Origin: a virus | Lineage: Duplodnaviria > Heunggongvirae > Uroviricota > Caudoviricetes | Reading direction: 5' to 3' (one strand) | Virus record (IMG/VR): IMGVR_UViG_3300028886_000029 | Span: 206,007-270,006 of that record | Length of the DNA stretch: 64,000 nucleotides | Shown: piece by piece, positions 58,155 through 64,000 of the stretch | Layout: each line of letters opens with the position of its first letter | Numbering within the stretch: position 1 is the first letter of the stretch | Notes under the pieces: model-generated | Told to the model about the DNA's origin: nothing | The model's input: the letters and a program-made list of their open reading frames with translations, nothing else | Databases searched by the model: none | Made by a program: the position numbers and the translations under genes

Positions 58155-59323
58155 AACTCTTCAGCAATTATATATTCATCATTTATTATGTTTTTGTCTG
58201 TTTGTAATGTAGTCATTTTTTCCGAAAAATCAACATATTCTTTGTCTTGTCTTGCCTTGGCGACAATTTTGTTCATCATCTCTTTCCCTTTTCTGGTTTT
58301 AGCGAACACTTCAGACATTAGTTTATTGAAGTTTTTCGTGGACAACATTGATATTCTCTTATATAAATATGGTATTAAATTGGATTCAAGCGCGCCAAAA
58401 CAATCTGTTATTATTGTCCATAAGGAAGGTCCTATTCTCATATCCCATGGTTCAGACTTAAGGTAGTCTGTCTTACTGATTATGTAATTTAACTTGTCTT
58501 TGTCATGTGGCAAACCATGTGATGAGAACAACTCCATGAGTCCCCTGATAGTTTCACTTAACAAAACAGGAAATATGACACCCTCTGATTTGACTATGGG
58601 TTTTTCGTCAGGTTGCCCAAGTCTCACCTCTGAAAAGCCAAGCAATTTCTTATCTGTGTCAGTTATGCCGACATCTTCTCTGACAAAAAGCAAATAATCG
58701 TTTAACGCCAATATTTTTCTATATAAATCAGGTAATCTTGGGTCAACATCATAAATCTCTGACAGGTAAGATTTGATATATGAGGAAACACACATGCCCA
58801 TACCCATTGAAATGCAATTAAGAAGTCTTTTTTTAGACACCTCATTTTTTAGTTCCTCTATATCATTAATATTATCAAACTCAATATCAATGTCATTTGG
58901 TTCAATGCTTATGTTGTTGTCTGACAAATCAGTTGTGAGATTTATTTCAAAAGAAATACTATCCTCAGGTATTCCAAAAAAGTCAACAACATAATTAAAG
59001 CAAATTTTCTCCAATTCGTTTTTGTTTTTTTGTTCAATCTCCTGTGCTTTGGTTAACAACTTGGACAACACGGACTCAATCTTATCGTCATCAAAGTCGT
59101 CTATTTTACCTATTTTTTTTAGGTTTTCCTTTGTTTCCAAAAACCTCTTTTTCACAATTCTCTCCAAAAAATTATCATCAAAAATTGTCGGTATCGCTGG
59201 ATTGTTTTTTAACGATGTACCGTTTTTAAAAATAACATTGACTATATCCTCAGGTAAATTATCTAACAAGATATTTTCCTTAAGAATACCATACATGCTT
59301 TCTGTTATAAAAATTGTTTTCAT
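58151..59323 (-). CDS. Leader-bearing hypothetical protein, first gene of the protease operon
   Basis: MKTIFITESMYGILKEN; late motif at 59344. Confidence 0.75.
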   Translation of the reverse strand: MKTIFITESMYGILKENILLDNLPEDIVNVIFKNGTSLKNNPAIPTIFDDNFLERIVKKRFLETKENLKKIGKIDDFDDDKIESVLSKLLTKAQEIEQKNKNELEKICFNYVVDFFGIPEDSISFEINLTTDLSDNNISIEPNDIDIEFDNINDIEELKNEVSKKRLLNCISMGMGMCVSSYIKSYLSEIYDVDPRLPDLYRKILALNDYLLFVREDVGITDTDKKLLGFSEVRLGQPDEKPIVKSEGVIFPVLLSETIRGLMELFSSHGLPHDKDKLNYIISKTDYLKSEPWDMRIGPSLWTIITDCFGALESNLIPYLYKRISMLSTKNFNKLMSEVFAKTRKGKEMMNKIVAKARQDKEYVDFSEKMTTLQTDKNIINDEYIIAEEL

Positions 59324-59343
59324 ATAATACGATTTATCACATA

Positions 59344-59352
59344 ATAAATAGT
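59344..59352 (-). promoter_or_regulatory. Putative late promoter ACTATTTAT heading the ArdA/prohead protease operon
   Basis: One of about 18 TATTTAT sites upstream of gene starts, most of them virion-related (see findings). Confidence 0.7.
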
Positions 59353-59440
59353 CTTTTTTTTGGAAAAAAATAGTATTTTACTTAGTCATATACTATTAAA
59401 TAGTATATGAATGGCATTTGCTGATGTATGAGGAATAAAG

Positions 59441-59468
59441 AAAGAGAGGTGGTTAACCACCTCTCTTT
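59441..59468 (-). terminator. Terminator (perfect 28-bp palindrome)
   Basis: AAAGAGAGGTGGTT|AACCACCTCTCTTT. Confidence 0.8.
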
Positions 59469-59474
59469 TTATTT

Positions 59475-59714
59475 TTAAAACCATCCGCAATCTGTAACCT
59501 GATATTTTTTAGTCCATTTACCATTGGTGAACACCCAATCACTTGTCTCACCAACATCATCAGTTAAGACTGTTACGGTTTGTCCGTCATATGCTTTAAG
59601 GGGACTTGGCAATTCAGCAAGTGTTTTGACAGGTGCTTGTTTTGCGTCAAGGGGTCCTTCTCCGTTGTATTGAAATTGATTTGAATATTTTTGTGTGTCA
59701 CTTGCCTTCGCCAT
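59475..59714 (-). CDS. Small hypothetical protein, possibly virion/fibre associated
   Basis: PLDAK...AYDGQTVTV...DCGWF; late operon. Confidence 0.6.
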   Translation of the reverse strand: MAKASDTQKYSNQFQYNGEGPLDAKQAPVKTLAELPSPLKAYDGQTVTVLTDDVGETSDWVFTNGKWTKKYQVTDCGWF

Positions 59715-59715
59715 A

Positions 59716-60507
59716 TTACTTCAATATCTTTAATTTATGAATTATTTCCACATTTTTCTCAGTAGGGTAATCAATGTTCACATGGTCTATATCATGTGAT
59801 TTGAAAAGTTTAAATTCACTGAAAATATGATTATCAACCATGACAAAATTACTTGTGACATCTGATGTACCCTCTTCCCAAATCACGAATTTCTTACTTG
59901 TCCCATATGCGTTAGGTACGGCAAGGTAATAATCATTATTAACTAATTCCCTATATGTTTGCTCATTGATTTGTCCGGTAGTGTATTGGTTCCATTCTTC
60001 CTCTGTTGGGTCACCAAGTGTGTAATTAATATAACCATCAGTGTTAATTGTAACCGCATTCATAATAAAATCATTTATTGTGAGGTCATCAACACTTGTC
60101 TTGTTATTGACGCTGCAATAATAGAAAGGTACTTGGTCGTATACAGTACCGCTGATGATACCGCCAATGGTAATCGCCGCACCACTGATTGCCTCAACAA
60201 TTTCGTCAGTTGACTCATCAACATTATCATTGATTGCGGTTGTGGAGCCACTGATTGCGTCAACGATTTTATCTGAAGCGTCCGCAATAGCCTGTTTAAT
60301 ATCCTCTTGTTGTTTATCGGAACCATCAGCACCACTTTTAACAGCCTCAATAAGAGGGTTTTTCATATATTCCTCAGGTGACATGTCACACAAGTCAAGT
60401 ACTTGTGCGCCCCATTGCCATCTTTCCTCAATCCTGTTATCTTGTTCCCAAATGGTATGATTATCCAAATCAATAGCCTGTTCTCTTGGGTCGCCTAAAT
60501 ATGCCAT
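59716..60507 (-). CDS. Putative virion protein
   Basis: 263 aa with repeated IV.AISG motif; late motif at 60548. Confidence 0.55.
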   Translation of the reverse strand: MAYLGDPREQAIDLDNHTIWEQDNRIEERWQWGAQVLDLCDMSPEEYMKNPLIEAVKSGADGSDKQQEDIKQAIADASDKIVDAISGSTTAINDNVDESTDEIVEAISGAAITIGGIISGTVYDQVPFYYCSVNNKTSVDDLTINDFIMNAVTINTDGYINYTLGDPTEEEWNQYTTGQINEQTYRELVNNDYYLAVPNAYGTSKKFVIWEEGTSDVTSNFVMVDNHIFSEFKLFKSHDIDHVNIDYPTEKNVEIIHKLKILK

Positions 60508-60575
60508 ATTATTATTAAGATTTTACTTTATTATGCATTTTTCCACTATAAATAGTACTTAAATAAATAAAATCC

Positions 60576-61376
60576 TTATTTTTTAATTATTAATTTCTTA
60601 TCAAATGTTTTTTCCCATATTTTTGTGGTATAGTCAATTATGTATCTATCTTTCTCTTCTGATATTTTTGAATTCACAATTGTCGGTTTCTCTATTCCGT
60701 ACCTATTAATATTAACATAAGCCAGAGCGCAGACAAGAGCATCACACGCGTCATAGTTTTCTTTTTTCAACTCATGGTTTGAGTCGTAATCCCAAGGAAC
60801 AGCGTTATCACCTGTATATAAACTATCAACCATGTTCATCATTACACTTTTTTTATCAACATCGAACTGATATGACCCAAAAAGCACAAGACTGTCATCA
60901 ATTATTGATTTTTTAACATACTGTAAATCATGTTCTTCTCCCTTTTTTGTATATTTCCTCAAACTGTTAAGTTCAGGGAAAGAATAGCTTCTTGCGTCAT
61001 AAGATGATATAAAACTTGGTACAATACCCAACGTGTTATATACGGCATCCGCAATCATTCCGTTAAATCTAAGGAGTGTGGCAACAGTATTAAGATTGTT
61101 AGAAGATAACAAAGGTTCCTCGATAACCACATCTGTTATTTTTTTGTCTGTATATTCAATTATGTTTTTAAGAAACCCCTCGTTAAACCCAAATTTTCTT
61201 AAACACAAAGCCTCAATACCATTAATCTTTTTTGGTATTCGCGGTTGTTTATGTGTTATGGCTATGATTGTTGGTGTCTCATAATCACCATTGTCCTCAA
61301 TAATACTAATTCCAATACAGTGTGTGCTTACATCAAGACCCAACACAACTCTGGGATAATCAATAATATCACTCAT
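60576..61376 (-). CDS. RuvC-like Holliday junction resolvase
   Basis: VLGLDVST..IG, VVIEEP, YDACDALVCA acidic catalytic set. Confidence 0.8.
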   Translation of the reverse strand: MSDIIDYPRVVLGLDVSTHCIGISIIEDNGDYETPTIIAITHKQPRIPKKINGIEALCLRKFGFNEGFLKNIIEYTDKKITDVVIEEPLLSSNNLNTVATLLRFNGMIADAVYNTLGIVPSFISSYDARSYSFPELNSLRKYTKKGEEHDLQYVKKSIIDDSLVLFGSYQFDVDKKSVMMNMVDSLYTGDNAVPWDYDSNHELKKENYDACDALVCALAYVNINRYGIEKPTIVNSKISEEKDRYIIDYTTKIWEKTFDKKLIIKK

Positions 61377-61470
61377 TATAGTCTTTTTTAAAAAAGATGT
61401 AAAAAACACGAATAAATGTAAATAAAATTTGGTTTTTTTTATATTTTTTTATATTTTTGAGAAAAAAAGT

Positions 61471-61965
61471 ATGGGTGAAAAACATAGCATATTAATATCA
61501 GATAGTCTTTACCAGGACATCAAGGAATATTGTCAATTAAATAACATAAAAACCAATGAATTTATTAACAATATGCTTAGAGAAGGATTTATGATAGAAA
61601 AATATGGAACTTCACCGTTTGATAATTTCAGAAAAAAAATAGAGGACAATACAGTTGAGATAAAAAGTGTTAGTGTTCCAGACACAAATAATCAAATACC
61701 AAAAGACCTTGTACCTGAAATTGAAATGGAAGTGCCAACGGGTCAACCAATTTATACAGAAAAAATTGACCCAACAACACTAACACATGTTTATGAAGTT
61801 GACCCAACAATACTAACACATGTTCATGAAACTGAAGTAAAAGAACAACAAGAAGTAGCCGACAAACTGTCCGAAAAGCAAAACAAAACAACAGAAACGC
61901 CAAAAATAGAACAAACCGAAAATCACAATAAATCAGAAAAACCAAATAAAAGAAGATTGAAATAA
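61471..61965 (+). CDS. Protein with N-terminal ribbon-helix-helix-like segment and disordered tail
   Basis: KHSILISDSLYQDIKEYC..NNIK..EFI...L; 33-bp tandem duplication at 61766-61831. Confidence 0.6.
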   Translation: MGEKHSILISDSLYQDIKEYCQLNNIKTNEFINNMLREGFMIEKYGTSPFDNFRKKIEDNTVEIKSVSVPDTNNQIPKDLVPEIEMEVPTGQPIYTEKIDPTTLTHVYEVDPTILTHVHETEVKEQQEVADKLSEKQNKTTETPKIEQTENHNKSEKPNKRRLK

Positions 61966-61966
61966 T

Positions 61967-62242
61967 ATGTCAGCAGCTTTAGTACCAATATTAGAAAGTT
62001 TAAGTCGGCAACATACCGATGCCATGTATAGTGCCATGAGATGGAGATGGTACCCCCCTTCAAATGAAGAAACAAAGGACAAACATTTAGAAAATCAAAA
62101 TAAAATAGAGTGGAAATCCCTCACAGAAGGTCAAAAGATAATGTATCTTGAAACCAATAAAATTTGGACAGAAGTCCAAAAAAGAACCGTAAACAACATT
62201 AAAGTACGGTGGAAAAATATTAGCGAAAACCAAAACAAATAG
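61967..62242 (+). CDS. Hypothetical protein
   Basis: 91 aa ORF filling the gap in the operon. Confidence 0.6.
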   Translation: MSAALVPILESLSRQHTDAMYSAMRWRWYPPSNEETKDKHLENQNKIEWKSLTEGQKIMYLETNKIWTEVQKRTVNNIKVRWKNISENQNK

Positions 62243-62250
62243 AAAAGAAT

Positions 62251-64000
62251 ATGCAAAAGAAAATTGACATAGGGCAAAACGCGAAAATAAACATTGTTTG
62301 GAACATAAAACCTAATCAATACACAAAAGAAGAAGAGAACAGTATTAAATCCTTGTTCTCAAAAAAATATGGTGTTCCTGAAAAGAATATCATAATAGAA
62401 AAACATTTTGTTACTGAAAAGGGAAATGCGGAAGCGTTGAATAGCGAAAACATCAAAAACATACAAGACCCCACATTTCAGCATAAGCTTTTCAAACAAT
62501 ATTTAATTGAAAATAACATTGAAGATTATAATTTTGATGAGTTAGTTAAAATTGATTCAACAATCAACGCGCTTATAGATTATAATCAATATGAAAAAAG
62601 CAGAAATTACAAACTTAAATGGATTGATTGGAGTAATTTTCTTTGCTATGGGGAAAACAATCATTTTGATTTTACCACTTTACATGGTTTGGTTCTTTTA
62701 AATGGTGAACCAGCGAATAAAAGTGGTAAATCCACATTTGCTTACGACCTTCTCCATTTCTTGCTTTTCGGAAAAACAAAATCAGGTAAAGCCAATAACC
62801 TTAATGAGTTATTTAACAATTACATTCCTGACGCGACTGAAATGAAGGTTGAGGGTTGCATTAACATTGACGGAAAGGATTATATTATTAAAAGGACGGT
62901 AACAAGACCTGCCAAGTCAAAAAAGACTGTCAAAACAGCAAAACAAACCATTGAGTATTTTGCTGTTAATGAAATTGGCGATAGAGAAGAACTTGTGGAT
63001 GTTGAAAATTTACAGGAGGGAAGTGGTCAGAAAACCAACAAAATCATTAAGGACACCATTGGCAATGAAAAAGATTTCGACTTGATTATATCAGCAAACG
63101 CAAAAGACCTTGATGACCTCATTTCACTTAAAGAGGATGAGAGGGGAAAACTACTGTCAAGGTGGATTGGTCTTTCTTGTCTTGAAGACAAGGATATAAA
63201 AGCAAGGGAAATGTGGAACAAAAAAATATCAGTCGGAAGATATTGTGATATTTATAATAGAGAGACGTTGAAAGCCGAAATTGCGACACTTGAGGAAAAT
63301 AATAAAGAACTATCCGAAAGAAACCAAAAGGTTGAGGGGGATATATCGGCATCTGTAGCAAAAATCGAAAAATATAATGCTGAAAAAGAAAGATATATTA
63401 GCGGCAAAAAACCGGTTGATATGAATCTCTTAAAAAATGGTGATGTCACAACGCTTGAATCCAAACTCGTTAAAATTAAAGAAGACGGTATAAACAAAGC
63501 CGCTACACTTAAAAATCTTAAATCTGAAAGTAACGCTATTAAAGACACTGAATACTCCAATGAGGAATATCAAAAATTAAATAAAGAAAAAGATAGCATT
63601 GTCGAAAAAATATCGAACATAAAAGCGGAAATCAACCAACTCAAAAAGAAAAATGAAGACCTTGCAAACAGTGAATATTGTCCTACATGTCATAGAAAAT
63701 ATGAGAACGTGGACAACAGTGGTTTAATTGAGGAAAACAAAAAACAAATTAAAACTCTTATTGATGAGGGTGTTAAACTAAACACAAGAAAAGAGGAAAT
63801 AGTCAACAGATTGTCTGATTTGGAAACAATAAGACAAAACCAAATACAAAAAAACAAGATTGAGTTAAAAATCGCCGCAATAGAAACGGAATTAGCACAA
63901 GAAAGACTTAAATACAAGGAAATTTCCGATACAATTAAAAAACTTAATGACAATAAAGAAGCAATTAAATGGAACAATGAACTTGATGCTTCTATTAATG
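62251..64000 (+). CDS. SbcC/Rad50 (T4 gp46-like) ATPase, runs off the window
   Basis: Manual translation from ATG 62251: ...WSNFLCYG...LNGEPANKSGKST...LLFGKT, long coiled coil, CPTC zinc hook near 63678. Confidence 0.9.
   Translation, partial: MQKKIDIGQNAKINIVWNIKPNQYTKEEENSIKSLFSKKYGVPEKNIIIEKHFVTEKGNAEALNSENIKNIQDPTFQHKLFKQYLIENNIEDYNFDELVKIDSTINALIDYNQYEKSRNYKLKWIDWSNFLCYGENNHFDFTTLHGLVLLNGEPANKSGKSTFAYDLLHFLLFGKTKSGKANNLNELFNNYIPDATEMKVEGCINIDGKDYIIKRTVTRPAKSKKTVKTAKQTIEYFAVNEIGDREELVDVENLQEGSGQKTNKIIKDTIGNEKDFDLIISANAKDLDDLISLKEDERGKLLSRWIGLSCLEDKDIKAREMWNKKISVGRYCDIYNRETLKAEIATLEENNKELSERNQKVEGDISASVAKIEKYNAEKERYISGKKPVDMNLLKNGDVTTLESKLVKIKEDGINKAATLKNLKSESNAIKDTEYSNEEYQKLNKEKDSIVEKISNIKAEINQLKKKNEDLANSEYCPTCHRKYENVDNSGLIEENKKQIKTLIDEGVKLNTRKEEIVNRLSDLETIRQNQIQKNKIELKIAAIETELAQERLKYKEISDTIKKLNDNKEAIKWNNELDASIN

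Noticed and set aside
4172-61945. Numerous 60-160 aa antisense or alternative-frame ORFs
   Set aside because: They overlap well-supported genes and have the Ser/Ile/Phe-rich composition expected from antisense AT-rich coding DNA.
1-64000. Alternative genetic code (TAG reassigned, as in some gut huge phages)
   Set aside because: Core genes are intact under the standard code, and TAG ends genes at 19216, 26182, 29070, 35313 and 62242, some followed by hairpins.
1-64000. CRISPR array, tRNA, rRNA, integrase/transposase, reverse transcriptase or DGR
   Set aside because: No spaced repeats, cloverleaf-like sequence or matching protein motifs seen by eye; a tRNA/ncRNA scan would be needed to be certain.

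Overview
A 64-kb, AT-rich, gene-dense segment of a large (jumbo/huge) contractile-tailed dsDNA phage with T4-like morphogenesis genes: tail sheath (cut by the left edge), neck, portal, large terminase, major capsid, scaffold, prohead protease and baseplate. Replication/recombination genes include a family B DNA polymerase, SNF2 helicase, RuvC-like resolvase and SbcC/gp46 (cut by the right edge). There are also a phage sigma factor, PhoH, three glycosyltransferases, a Mom-like GNAT and three zinc-repeat endonucleases. The genetic code is standard. TTTG-N20-TAnnTTTG promoters and no obvious Shine-Dalgarno sites point to a Bacteroidota host. A second motif, (AC)TATTTAT, precedes virion-gene operons and looks like the late promoter. 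Main candidate for an undescribed system: at least 9 otherwise unrelated accessory proteins (ArdA, ADP-ribosyltransferase-like proteins, an AEP-like protein, an HExxH peptidase, a glucosaminidase and others) carry a short shared N-terminal leader. It resembles a helix of the scaffold protein, usually ends in an L-x-E site like the predicted capsid propeptide cut, and sits behind the late motif. This suggests a modular capsid-loading tag for injected counter-defence cargo. A decayed leader-only pseudogene and two accessory genes flanked by duplicated stop-start junctions suggest active gene turnover. All functional calls come from motif recognition by eye; no database searches were run.
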